64,000 bases of DNA from an uncultured Verrucomicrobiae bacterium. GTDB taxonomy: Bacteria > Verrucomicrobiota > Verrucomicrobiia > Chthoniobacterales > JAFAMB01. Position numbers and translations under genes: made by a program. The stretch covers positions 704,001-768,000 of the forward strand of contig CAWIPH010000002.1 of the NCBI GenBank assembly GCA_963837955.1. The letters run 5' to 3'. Positions 49,701-58,881 of the stretch are shown here, piece by piece. Numbering within the stretch: position 1 is the stretch's first letter; the number at the start of each line of letters is the position of its first letter. The notes below the pieces were generated by a model that ran no database searches, was not told where the DNA came from, and saw only the letters and a program-made list of their open reading frames with translations.

Positions 49701-50214
49701 TGTTCTCTCGAGTGTACTCTTGAATGACCTGGGCGTGGTGCGGGAACGCGTGAATCAGCTGAGCGCGGTCACCGAGCTCAAAATCCGAGAAGTCGAATGC
49801 CGGAACGACCGTGCAGCTGACAACTGCATACTCTCCGCCGGTCCGAACGCGTGAGCCTTGCCAAACTCCGGCTGGGACAACCAGGTGCAGAAGCATTCCT
49901 TTGTCGTGCTCGGGTCCAAGGACAAATCGCTGCAGTCCGGCCGGTCCAAGCCAAATCATCTCGAGTGGGTCTCCGTGATGAAAGCAGTAGATCTCTTCCG
50001 ATCGGAGTCGGTGCAAGGCTGAGAAACTTCCCGCGGTGATCAACGCATGTATGAGACTGAAGGCAGCGCGCGAGCCGATCGACCGGTCTGCCGCAATCGA
50101 ATCGAGCTTTCGCTCTGATATGACCGGCTCGGAGTAAAAAGCGCCCTCGCCTGGAATCGGTTTAAACCCAAATGCTGAAAAACGTTCGGGAACCAAGGTA
50201 GATAGTTGCGGCAT
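49693..50214 (-). CDS. Cupin, DUF985 (cupin_5) family
   Basis: P-x2-EG-x-FY, FSALHRL, GDPLE, VPAGVWQ and CTVVPAFDFSDFEL. Confidence 0.85.
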   Translation of the reverse strand: MPQLSTLVPERFSAFGFKPIPGEGAFYSEPVISERKLDSIAADRSIGSRAAFSLIHALITAGSFSALHRLRSEEIYCFHHGDPLEMIWLGPAGLQRFVLGPEHDKGMLLHLVVPAGVWQGSRVRTGGEYAVVSCTVVPAFDFSDFELGDRAQLIHAFPHHAQVIQEYTRENNV

Positions 50215-50266
50215 AACAGATGCTTAAAATGGCTTCTTTTATGGTGTTATCACGGACGACTCGACG

Positions 50267-51025
50267 ATGAGAACAGATTTCATACCGGATCCAACGACGC
50301 CAGCCCAATTGAGTGCGGCGATTCGTTTGCTCGTCGCTGATTTTGATGGACGTCCGACCACCCGAGTCGTTGGCACCGGCGGAAGAGCATTCGAATTTTT
50401 TCCGACCGCGATTACGGATAACATCCCGCCACTTCAGCCGAGCTTGTCTCACGCGGTCTGCCTGCTGAGTCGCTTTCATCTCGAGCACGTGAGCGAAGCA
50501 ACACTCGGCGTTGGCGAGGAAGACAGGGGAGCAATGATTATCTCGGATATTTTGCTTTCCCATAACCTCGCACGAACATTGGCGCGTTGGACTCCGTCGG
50601 GAGCTCCCGGCGAGATTCGGGTGCCACTGGCTAACGAATATGTGCAGGAGGGAAACGTCGACATTTACTTGAACGGCGTGACCGTAAGCGATCGAATCAT
50701 CCTCATCGACGATCTAATCAGTACCGGAGGAACGCTTGTCTCGCTGGTTCGAGCGATCAGACAAACTGGGGCGGAGATCCTCGAGATCTTCACAATAGGC
50801 GAAAAGAGCGAGAATCACGGTCGAGAACATTTGTTTCGGGAAACCGGGTTCAACGTTAAAACGCTGCTCCACTCCAGCTTGGAAACGAGGGATGGCAAAG
50901 TGTTTTCGAAGGTTGACCAAGTGCATTTGGGCCGGATGCCTGAGCCACTGATGGAGGAGGTGGCCAAGGATTTTCCGGCTGGCTTTTGTGTTTCTGGATC
51001 AGGAGGAGGCGTCCGTTCGATATAG
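50267..51025 (+). CDS. Type I purine phosphoribosyltransferase-like protein
   Basis: PRPP loop ILIDDLISTGGT and E-x-R-G motif; resembles archaeal Hpt/Apt types. Confidence 0.75.
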   Translation: MRTDFIPDPTTPAQLSAAIRLLVADFDGRPTTRVVGTGGRAFEFFPTAITDNIPPLQPSLSHAVCLLSRFHLEHVSEATLGVGEEDRGAMIISDILLSHNLARTLARWTPSGAPGEIRVPLANEYVQEGNVDIYLNGVTVSDRIILIDDLISTGGTLVSLVRAIRQTGAEILEIFTIGEKSENHGREHLFRETGFNVKTLLHSSLETRDGKVFSKVDQVHLGRMPEPLMEEVAKDFPAGFCVSGSGGGVRSI

Positions 51026-51128
51026 AGAACAAGTGTACAATATTGATCTGGGTGATCTGTGTATCGGCTTTTTTTTAGCAACTCACTACGTGTAAACAAC
51101 TTGTCACGAAAACTGCTGCATCACTCCC

Positions 51129-52451
51129 ATGCTCGAACGCCTCTTCTCCCTATCAGAACATCATACTGCTCCGGCACGTGAGATCGTTGCCGGTCTTACC
51201 ACCTTTGCCGCCATGGCCTATATCCTGGCGGTAAATCCGGCAATTCTTTCACAGGCAGGTATCGACAAAGGCGCGCTGGTTACGGCCACGGCTTTGGCCT
51301 CAGCAGTCATGACTATCATCATGGCGCTTGCTACCAACTATCCTATCGCACTCGCTCCCGGCATGGGCGTTAACGCGTTCTTTACCTACACGATTTGTCT
51401 AGCCAAAGGAGTGCCGTGGCCGGCTGCGCTCGGATTTGTTTTCTATAGCGGCTTGATTTTCCTGATTTTGTCGGTAACCGGCCTACGTCAAAAACTCATC
51501 GAAGCGATTCCCTTGGAACTGAAGCTGGCAATCACCGCAGGCATCGGATTTTTCATCGCATTGATTGGCTTGGAACACGGCGGAGAGATCATCGCCAATC
51601 CAGTAACATTCGTTAGCCTCGGCGATCTCACCAAGCTGGGGCCCTGGTTAGTCATCATTGGCATTATTCTCACCGCCATTTTGGTTGCCCGAAAGACGCC
51701 TGGCGCCATCGTTCTGGTAATCATTCTGATCACGGTCGTCGGCCTCTTTGTTCCCGCACCTGACGGGTCGGGTACCTTAACGAAACATCCGGACGGGATC
51801 TTCAATTGGCCGTCCTCGTTGAGCCCAACCTTTCTCAAACTCGATCTTGGCTATTTTTGGCAACATCTCTTTACTTCGATACCTTTGGTGTTGGCGCTAT
51901 TGTTCGTCGATCTCTTCGACAACATGGGAACTCTAATCGGGGTTACCAAACGGGCGGGATTATTGGACGAGAAAGGGAACCTACCCAAAGTGGGACGAGC
52001 TTTGATGGCGGATGCCTGCGCGGCGATGTTCGGTTCAATCCTGGGTACCTCGACCGTAACCAGCTACATAGAGAGTGCCGCTGGAGTCGAAGCGGGCGGC
52101 CGTACCGGGCTAACTTCCATCGTCACTGCAATCTGTTTTCTGTTGGCGCTCTTTCTGACGCCGTTGATCTTGATCATCCCGGAGGCTGCGACTGCTCCCG
52201 CGCTGGTTATCGTCGGCGCCTTCATGATGCAGGGATTGGCAGAACTGGACCTTCGCGATTTTACCAAGGCCGCGCCGGCGTTCATGACTATCATTATGAT
52301 GCCGTTCGCCTTCAGCATCAGCGAAGGGATCGCGTTCGGTCTGCTTACCTACGTCGCGATCAAAGTAGGCACCGGTCGAGGGAAAGAAGTCGGCATCGTG
52401 ACTTACGTATTAGCCGGGTTGTTTTTGCTCCATTTTCTGTTTGGGAGGTAA
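51129..52451 (+). CDS. NCS2/AzgA-family purine permease
   Basis: AGLTTFAAMAYI, APGMG, DLFDNMGT and YIESAAGVEAGGRTG. Confidence 0.93.
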   Translation: MLERLFSLSEHHTAPAREIVAGLTTFAAMAYILAVNPAILSQAGIDKGALVTATALASAVMTIIMALATNYPIALAPGMGVNAFFTYTICLAKGVPWPAALGFVFYSGLIFLILSVTGLRQKLIEAIPLELKLAITAGIGFFIALIGLEHGGEIIANPVTFVSLGDLTKLGPWLVIIGIILTAILVARKTPGAIVLVIILITVVGLFVPAPDGSGTLTKHPDGIFNWPSSLSPTFLKLDLGYFWQHLFTSIPLVLALLFVDLFDNMGTLIGVTKRAGLLDEKGNLPKVGRALMADACAAMFGSILGTSTVTSYIESAAGVEAGGRTGLTSIVTAICFLLALFLTPLILIIPEAATAPALVIVGAFMMQGLAELDLRDFTKAAPAFMTIIMMPFAFSISEGIAFGLLTYVAIKVGTGRGKEVGIVTYVLAGLFLLHFLFGR

Positions 52452-52474
52452 TGGATTTTCGACGCTCCTTTGCA

Positions 52475-52685
52475 GGGAGGGATCGCGTCCTCGCGGGCGA
52501 GGTGCAGTAGCCTGATGCTCCAGCCTCAGGAACAGGGCGCGGTGATTGCGAGAGGTGAGAAGTCATTAGTGAATGGTGGAGGCCTTTCGCCAATCACGAT
52601 TCACCTCTCACCGATCACTGACACACTCCCTGAGGCTAGAGCATCAGGCTACTGCGCTGCGGATCGCGCGGACGCGATCCCTCCC
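52475..52685. repeat. Nested three-layer palindromic element
   Basis: Outer perfect 16-bp IR (52475-90/52670-85), middle GTAGCCTGAT IR (52507-30/52629-52), inner heptamer IR. Confidence 0.85.
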
Positions 52686-52724
52686 CAGGGAACCGATTAG
52701 GGTTTCTGCAGATTGAGCCCGCCC

Positions 52725-53597
52725 TCAATCAAAGTCAGGGTGTACCCTCAGCGTATCGCCGATACGCCGGCGTTCCGGGAGATGATGAATTCGGCGGACC
52801 GCTGCGAGGTAGATCTCGATACTCTGGGCGTGCAACTGCGGATAAAGATCGCTCAAAGTCCTCCACTCCCATGTTCCTAATCCTTCCGCCGGGTTCGAAA
52901 TCGCGATTAGACTCGAGTAGTTCATGTTCAACTGGCGGGCGTATGCCATCTCGGTGGGTACATTCATTGTTACCAGGTCGCCGCCGAGCTGTTTAAACAT
53001 TCTGATCTCGGCCGCAGTCTCAAATCGCCCGCCAGCCGCTTGAACGATCACGCCTCCTTCATGGACATTCTCTTTCCCGGCAACTCGAGCGGTTTCCTCA
53101 CCCAGGATCTTTCTCAGGATCGGGTCATCTGCCGGAATATGGCGTGGCAGAATCCTGGCCGCTTCCGGGCCGAGGACTTGAGCGGCAATAGAGCGTTTCC
53201 GATCGATATTGAAATCGATAAAATCGTCCGCAATAACCCAGTCGCCCAGCTTGTATGCGGGATTAATGCTGCCGGCTGTTGCACCGCCCAGAACGTCGCT
53301 GACGCCCAGATGATGCAGAGTACCCCAAACCGTCAGCAGGGAATCCTGTTCGACGACTCCCGATTGGTCAGTGGAAGAGCCATGGAGCGCGACGTGATAA
53401 AAAGGTACTCGTTCGGTTTCTCCGTAATAGATGGATGGAGATAAGCCAAGCGGTGTCTCTAGCGTAAAAGCGGCCGAGACATGAGACGAGGTGGCGAGTG
53501 CATGCGCGACGTTTGTACCGCCAACGATGCAAATGTTGGCTTCTGGCGGTTTTATGGGGCTGTAACGTGAGTAGTGAGTAACAGGTAGTGAGTCCAT
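52725..53597 (-). CDS. MTAP/PNP-family nucleoside phosphorylase-like protein (divergent)
   Basis: ETPLG.S, AGSI, DDFIDF, GRFETAAEIRM and SNPAEG; start taken at ATG 53597. Confidence 0.75.
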   Translation of the reverse strand: MDSLPVTHYSRYSPIKPPEANICIVGGTNVAHALATSSHVSAAFTLETPLGLSPSIYYGETERVPFYHVALHGSSTDQSGVVEQDSLLTVWGTLHHLGVSDVLGGATAGSINPAYKLGDWVIADDFIDFNIDRKRSIAAQVLGPEAARILPRHIPADDPILRKILGEETARVAGKENVHEGGVIVQAAGGRFETAAEIRMFKQLGGDLVTMNVPTEMAYARQLNMNYSSLIAISNPAEGLGTWEWRTLSDLYPQLHAQSIEIYLAAVRRIHHLPERRRIGDTLRVHPDFD

Positions 53598-53697
53598 TGT
53601 TCGAACAGGAGGTAAAAGCAGGAATTTTGAGTGTAGAACGCATCTCAAATACTGGACTGTGTTTGTCACGCGCTTTCTTGTCCCAGGCTTAACCCTA

Positions 53698-53796
53698 GAC
53701 AACGCCGACAACGCCGACAACGCCGACAACGCCGACAACGCCGACAACGCTGACAACGCCGACAACGCCGACAACGCCGACAACGCCGACAACGCC
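53698..53796 (+). repeat. Tandem 9-mer (GACAACGCC)x11
   Basis: Eleven consecutive units with one variant (GACAACGCT), followed by AAACGCC units. Confidence 0.95.
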
Positions 53797-53812
53797 AAAC
53801 GCCAAACGCGCA

Positions 53813-54175
53813 TTACTCGACCAGCACCTGGTCTTCGGCGGTCCACTCCGGTGAACAACAGGCAAGCAGCACGAGAGGAACGGCCCCGTTATTGGTGATC
53901 TTGTGGCGCATTCCCGGCAGAATAATCACAGTGTCGCCCGGGTTCACTTGCTGTTCTTCGCCATCGATCTGCATCAGGCCGGTGCCGCTCAGAATATAAT
54001 AAAATTCTTCAATGACCCTGTGGAAATGTTCGGTGACCGATTCGCCGGGCGCAATGGTGGCCTCGGCCAGGCTCTGTTTCCGAGCAGATGAGTTCCTGCT
54101 AGCTGCGAATTCTCGAATTATAGCTTTATCGGGAGCAACGAAAGCTGGTACTGAATCGCGGTGGATGATTTCCAT
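53813..54175 (-). CDS. Small cupin-domain protein
   Basis: SLAEATIAPG, HFH..IEEFYYILSG and PGMRH; start at ATG 54175. Confidence 0.85.
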   Translation of the reverse strand: MEIIHRDSVPAFVAPDKAIIREFAASRNSSARKQSLAEATIAPGESVTEHFHRVIEEFYYILSGTGLMQIDGEEQQVNPGDTVIILPGMRHKITNNGAVPLVLLACCSPEWTAEDQVLVE

Positions 54176-54190
54176 TGTCAAAAGGGAGTT

Positions 54191-54227
54191 AGCTTTTTCT
54201 ATGCCATGCCTTGGTATGTAACCTGCT
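54191..54227. promoter_or_regulatory. Back-to-back divergent sigma54-like promoters
   Basis: Minus strand 54191-54206 TGGCATAGAAAAAGCT; plus strand 54212-54227 TGGTATGTAACCTGCT. Each lies about 15 nt before an ATG. Confidence 0.55.
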
Positions 54228-54241
54228 GAATCCGCAGCCCC

Positions 54242-55348
54242 ATGCTGTTGCGAGTTCTTTCCTTTGTCCTTCTTTTCCAGACGCTTCACGGCGTCAGCGC
54301 CGCAGACGAAGCAAATGTCTTTACTCCGCCGACTGCCGACCATCCACTGAAAGTCAAAGTGGTCGTCGTCGCAATGTTCGAGGTCGGAGCGGATACCGGC
54401 GATGTTCCGGGCGAATTTCAATTTTGGGTGGAACGACGCAAACTCGATCACATCATCCCTCTGCCTTCAGCATATCATGACGTGCGCACGGACGGGAATG
54501 GTTTGATCGGAACCGTCACCGGCGAAGGCACCGCAAAGGCGGCAACGTCAATCATGGCCCTAGGGCTCGACCCACGTTTTGATTTTTCTCAAGCGTACTG
54601 GTTAGTCGCTGGGATCGCGGGAATCGATCCGAATCGCGGAACAACAGGTAGCGCTGTTTGGGCCGACTACGTTGTCGATGGAGACTTGGCTCACGAAATC
54701 GATAGTCGGGAGATCCCGAAAGATTGGCCGGACGGTTTTACGCCGTTGGGAAAGGCGGTACCGTTTGAGCAGCCGCGTCGCCAATCCATTGGTGAAGTCT
54801 ACACTTTGAATTCCAGTCTGGTGCACTGGGCTTATGAACTCACTAAGTCAGTGCAATTGGGCGACAACGAAAAGGCGCGAAGCGATCGGGCTCGGTATCG
54901 TGGTTTCCCCGCCGCGCTGGCCGGACCACACGTGTTGATCGGCGCTACGCTTTCCAGCAGCACCTATTGGCATGGGAAGCTACTCAACCAATGGGCTCAC
55001 GACTGGGTCAAATACTGGACCGATGGGAAAGGCGAATACTACACAACAGCAATGGAGGACACTGGAACAATGCAGGCATTGACTAATTTGGGAAAATCGG
55101 GCCGCATCGATCTCGGTCGCGTGCTCGTGCTTCGTACGGCCAGCAACTTTGATTCACCGCCGCCTGGAGTCTCCGCTGCCCAGGATTTGAAGGACCAGGA
55201 GAGCGGCCATTATTCAGCCTATATCCCGAGCTTGGAAGCGGCTTTCACCGTTGGTAATCGGGTTGCATCTGAATTGATCGATCACTGGGATACCTATTCG
55301 GTTCAAGTTCCCAGTTCGGCGCCATCGTCCAGCCCGAAATCCAACTGA
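54242..55348 (+). CDS. NUP-family ('purine nucleoside permease') secreted protein
   Basis: Signal peptide, MFE...[26 protein letters not shown] and LRTASNFD. Confidence 0.85.
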   Translation: MLLRVLSFVLLFQTLHGVSAADEANVFTPPTADHPLKVKVVVVAMFEVGADTGDVPGEFQFWVERRKLDHIIPLPSAYHDVRTDGNGLIGTVTGEGTAKAATSIMALGLDPRFDFSQAYWLVAGIAGIDPNRGTTGSAVWADYVVDGDLAHEIDSREIPKDWPDGFTPLGKAVPFEQPRRQSIGEVYTLNSSLVHWAYELTKSVQLGDNEKARSDRARYRGFPAALAGPHVLIGATLSSSTYWHGKLLNQWAHDWVKYWTDGKGEYYTTAMEDTGTMQALTNLGKSGRIDLGRVLVLRTASNFDSPPPGVSAAQDLKDQESGHYSAYIPSLEAAFTVGNRVASELIDHWDTYSVQVPSSAPSSSPKSN

Positions 55349-55353
55349 CTATC

Positions 55354-57144
55354 ATGACTCGCTTTGATGTGCCTCCCTTGGCCAATGTCACTCGCCACTT
55401 GGCCGACGTAGCTGCTGAACGATTGCCCCCCGACCTCGTGATCACCGGAGGACGCGTGCTGTCTGTATATACGGATAGAGTACTACCGAATCGCGAGTTG
55501 TGGATTAGTCAGGGCCGGATCGCGGCCGTGAAATCCGTTGGAGCATGTCGAGCCTCCGGCGTAGCCCTTTATGATGTTAAAGGGGGGATTTTGGCGCCGG
55601 GTCTGGTCGATCCGCATGTTCACATCGAGAGCAGCATGATGACCGCGTGCGCATATGCTGAAGCGGCCTTGCTCAACGGAACAACTACTCTCTTCTGTGA
55701 TAGTCATGAAATCGGTAACGTGTGCGATCAGGCGGGGATCGAGTGGATGCTCGAAGACGCGCGACAAGCTCCCCTTAACATTTTTCTCACCGTACCAAGT
55801 ACGATTCCCGCTACTCACCCCGGCTTGGAAACGGCCGGAGGCGATTTAACTCCGGAAAAAATAGGCGCGATTTTCGATCGTTGGCCGGAAGCCGTCGCGC
55901 TCGGGGAAAAGATGGATTTTATTCAAGTGGTAGAAGGGGATCTTCGGGCTCACGCAATTCTGGCAGAAGCGTTGCGTCGTGGCCGGCCAGTTTGCGGCCA
56001 TATTTATGGACGCGCTTTTGTAGCCGCCTACGCTGCTTCGGGAGTAACCGATACGCACGAAGCTATCGATCCAGAGATTGCGGAAGATTTCTTGGAGGGA
56101 GGGCTTTGGCTTTTCCTGCGGGGAGGACCTCCGACCACCCCATGGAATAGTCTGCCACAGGCGATCAAAGTTGTGACACACGGAGGTGCAAGTCCGAAAC
56201 GGGTGTGTGTGTGCACGGATGATCGGGACGCTGACGACCTTTTTCTTTTCGGCTTAGATTGGGTGGTCCGCGAGGCTGTCCAGTGTGGGATGCCATCTAC
56301 GACTGCCTGGAGCTGTGGATCGCTGCATCCGGCAACTCGTTATGGGCTAGACGGCGAACTTGGTGCTCTTGGACCGTCGCGGCGAGCGGACATCGTGTTA
56401 TTGAATGACGACCTTCAACCGCAATCCACCTGGTTCGGTGGGAGCTTGGTTGTCGAAGGACGCAAGCCGACCGAGGCCCTGGAACGAGCCTTGGAGAAAC
56501 GCTATCAGTATCCAAGTCGCGCTTACCGCACGGTGTCAATCCAGGAGACGGTTGCATTGATTCCGACACTCCCGGCGACAGAAGTGAGCGCGAACTTAAT
56601 TAGTTTGGAGGGCGCGAGCATTCCAACCAAACATGAAGTCGCTAAAATAAAACCGGCGGCAGACTGGCCTACATTGTTGGCGCGGGAGAATTGCTGTTTT
56701 CTCACCGTCGTAGAACGTTATGGGAAGAATGGTGGCGTGGCCTTCGGATTGTTGAAAAACTTTGGTTTGAAAGACGCTGCAGTCGCGAGTTCCGTCGGAC
56801 ACGACGCGCACAATATCGTTGTGGCGGGAACCAACGAAACAGACATGCGAACCGCGCTCAAATTCATGAAGGAATCGCAAGGAGGGATTTGCATTGTTCG
56901 CGGCGGGAAGATCGTTGCCTCCGTCAGACTACCGATTGCCGGCCTTTTGTCAGATGCTCGAGCCTCTCAGGTCGCCCAAGAAGCAACGTTGCTGAAAAAA
57001 GTGTGGAACGATGTTGGTTGTCGACTTCCGTATATGGGATTTAATCTGCTGCCGCTCTCTGTCATCCCGGAAATCCGGCTTACCGACAAAGGATTAGTTT
57101 TGTGCCCGGCCATGAAAATAGTACCACTGTTTGAGCCGGCATGA
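55354..57144 (+). CDS. ade: Adenine deaminase
   Basis: [34 protein letters not shown] and [13 protein letters not shown]. Confidence 0.88.
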   Translation: MTRFDVPPLANVTRHLADVAAERLPPDLVITGGRVLSVYTDRVLPNRELWISQGRIAAVKSVGACRASGVALYDVKGGILAPGLVDPHVHIESSMMTACAYAEAALLNGTTTLFCDSHEIGNVCDQAGIEWMLEDARQAPLNIFLTVPSTIPATHPGLETAGGDLTPEKIGAIFDRWPEAVALGEKMDFIQVVEGDLRAHAILAEALRRGRPVCGHIYGRAFVAAYAASGVTDTHEAIDPEIAEDFLEGGLWLFLRGGPPTTPWNSLPQAIKVVTHGGASPKRVCVCTDDRDADDLFLFGLDWVVREAVQCGMPSTTAWSCGSLHPATRYGLDGELGALGPSRRADIVLLNDDLQPQSTWFGGSLVVEGRKPTEALERALEKRYQYPSRAYRTVSIQETVALIPTLPATEVSANLISLEGASIPTKHEVAKIKPAADWPTLLARENCCFLTVVERYGKNGGVAFGLLKNFGLKDAAVASSVGHDAHNIVVAGTNETDMRTALKFMKESQGGICIVRGGKIVASVRLPIAGLLSDARASQVAQEATLLKKVWNDVGCRLPYMGFNLLPLSVIPEIRLTDKGLVLCPAMKIVPLFEPA

Positions 57145-58049
57145 GCTTCCGATGTGCGTTCCTTCTAGTTCTCCTTGGCTCCTTTTGGGTTGACCGGGGC
57201 GTCGCGGCCGGATGGCAAAGGATTGGTGTTGTCTCGGCGTTCGATCCTGAACTAAAGGCTGTCGAGGCAGCGATCATCCCGAAGAGAGCTGCAAGCAAAA
57301 TCGAGGAAATCAATGGAACGCGTTTTCGATTGATCGATCTTTACGGCAAGCATCTCTATTTTTTTCTGTCGGGCGTGAGCATGGTCAATGCAGCACTGAC
57401 AACGCAAATGGCCATCGACCACTTCCAACTTGATGCGATCATCTTCTCCGGCATTGCGGGCGCAGTGGATCCGAGCCTCCATCCTGGTGATGTAGCGGTA
57501 CCTGCCCACTGGATTCACCAAATTGAGTCGGATTGGCTGAATCCCGATTCGCACAAACCGGGAAGCTACGTTTTTCCGCAATATTTCCGCCCAAAGTACG
57601 GACACTTCGAAATGATTTTTCCTTCGGATGTGGAAGTGGTGAGAAAGGGCGAGGCCAAGAGCCGTGAAGTGCACGCCTTTCCGGCGGATCCCTATCTATT
57701 GGACTGCGCAAAGAGCGCCGCGAACCGGGTGCATCTAGTCGATACCAAAGGGGAACACCGCACTGTCTATGTTGGCGGCATTGCTATGAGCGGACCGGTC
57801 TTTCTGGACAATCGCGACTTTCGTGAATTTGCTTTCCACACTTGGAAAGTTCGCTTGCACGAGATGGAAGGGACCGCGATCGCTCAAGTCGGATACATCA
57901 ATCGGGTTCCGGTCTTGATCATCCGTGGGATCAGCGATTTGGCCGGCGGTCAGCGCGGTCCGAATTGGGAGGAAATTTATACACGCCTTGCTTCGAGAAA
58001 CGCTGCGCTGGTAACGGCAGAGACCTTGAAACAGATGAATGGTCACTAA
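57141..58049 (+). CDS. Secreted MTA/SAH nucleosidase-like protein
   Basis: Signal peptide, [25 protein letters not shown] and RGISDLAG. Confidence 0.82.
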   Translation: MSFRCAFLLVLLGSFWVDRGVAAGWQRIGVVSAFDPELKAVEAAIIPKRAASKIEEINGTRFRLIDLYGKHLYFFLSGVSMVNAALTTQMAIDHFQLDAIIFSGIAGAVDPSLHPGDVAVPAHWIHQIESDWLNPDSHKPGSYVFPQYFRPKYGHFEMIFPSDVEVVRKGEAKSREVHAFPADPYLLDCAKSAANRVHLVDTKGEHRTVYVGGIAMSGPVFLDNRDFREFAFHTWKVRLHEMEGTAIAQVGYINRVPVLIIRGISDLAGGQRGPNWEEIYTRLASRNAALVTAETLKQMNGH

Positions 58050-58076
58050 AATTGGTTTTCTCGTAGAGCGGATCTT

Positions 58077-58826
58077 ATGGCGAAAGAGCTAGTCTATGGA
58101 AACACGCGGACATTTGTCGGCGCTCGACATGCGCTGATAAGCCCGGATAGTCACGTTCCGAGCGTGGTGGCCGGTGTCGAAAATGCGACGGTCGTAGTAC
58201 TGATTTCACCGGCGATGGGTGCCGCTTTCACGCAACTTCTAGTGACGTTCAATCAAGGGGGTCGTGTCTTTTTGCCGGCAGATGAAAACGAGCGATTTCT
58301 ATTCATTGCGAGCGGCGGCCTGCAGGTAACGGCTTGCGGCAAATTATGCGAGCTGGTTGAAGGCGGTTACGCTTATGTACCCGCTGCCCAATCACTGGAG
58401 TTAACTGAAGCCAAAGCAGGGACGATAGTTAATTTTTTTATAAAAAAGTATATTCCACAGCCAGGTACGCCTGAACCGGCATTCGTTGCCGGACGGGAAC
58501 AAGAGATAGTGAGCCAGCCTTTTTTGGGAGACGAGGCTGCGCGCCTGCAGGTTTTGCTACCTGAAACACTCAGCTTTGATCTTGCAGTGAACATCTTTAA
58601 TTATCAGCCGGGCGCCCATCTGCCGTTCGTCGAGACCCACATTATGGAGCACGGTCTGTTAATGCTGAATGGCCGGGGCGTTTATCGCTTGGAGGACGCC
58701 TGGTACCCGGTTGCCGCCGGTGATTGCATCTGGATGGCGCCTTACTGTCCCCAATGGTTCGTCGCGATGGGCAAATCTCCCACGCGATATTTGTACTACA
58801 AGGATGTTAACCGCGCCGCGATCTAG
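58077..58826 (+). CDS. allE: (S)-ureidoglycine aminohydrolase
   Basis: Bicupin with VETHIMEHG, WMAPYCPQW and YLYYKDVNR. Confidence 0.93.
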   Translation: MAKELVYGNTRTFVGARHALISPDSHVPSVVAGVENATVVVLISPAMGAAFTQLLVTFNQGGRVFLPADENERFLFIASGGLQVTACGKLCELVEGGYAYVPAAQSLELTEAKAGTIVNFFIKKYIPQPGTPEPAFVAGREQEIVSQPFLGDEAARLQVLLPETLSFDLAVNIFNYQPGAHLPFVETHIMEHGLLMLNGRGVYRLEDAWYPVAAGDCIWMAPYCPQWFVAMGKSPTRYLYYKDVNRAAI

Positions 58827-58881
58827 TTAGACCCGTACGGGTAGGGCGAAACAGATCCGGCGAAGGCAGGATCTGTGAGCG

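Noticed and set aside
51806..52510. Alternative-frame and antisense ORFs inside well-supported genes (for example 51806-52510, 42214-42972, 4865-5545)
   Set aside because: Shadow ORFs expected in GC-rich coding DNA; no motifs.
53598..53858. N-terminal extension of the MTAP-like ORF with (SAL)n repeats, and the opposite-strand (DNA)n ORF
   Set aside because: Both arise from the stop-free 9-mer tandem repeat; family similarity begins only after ATG 53597.
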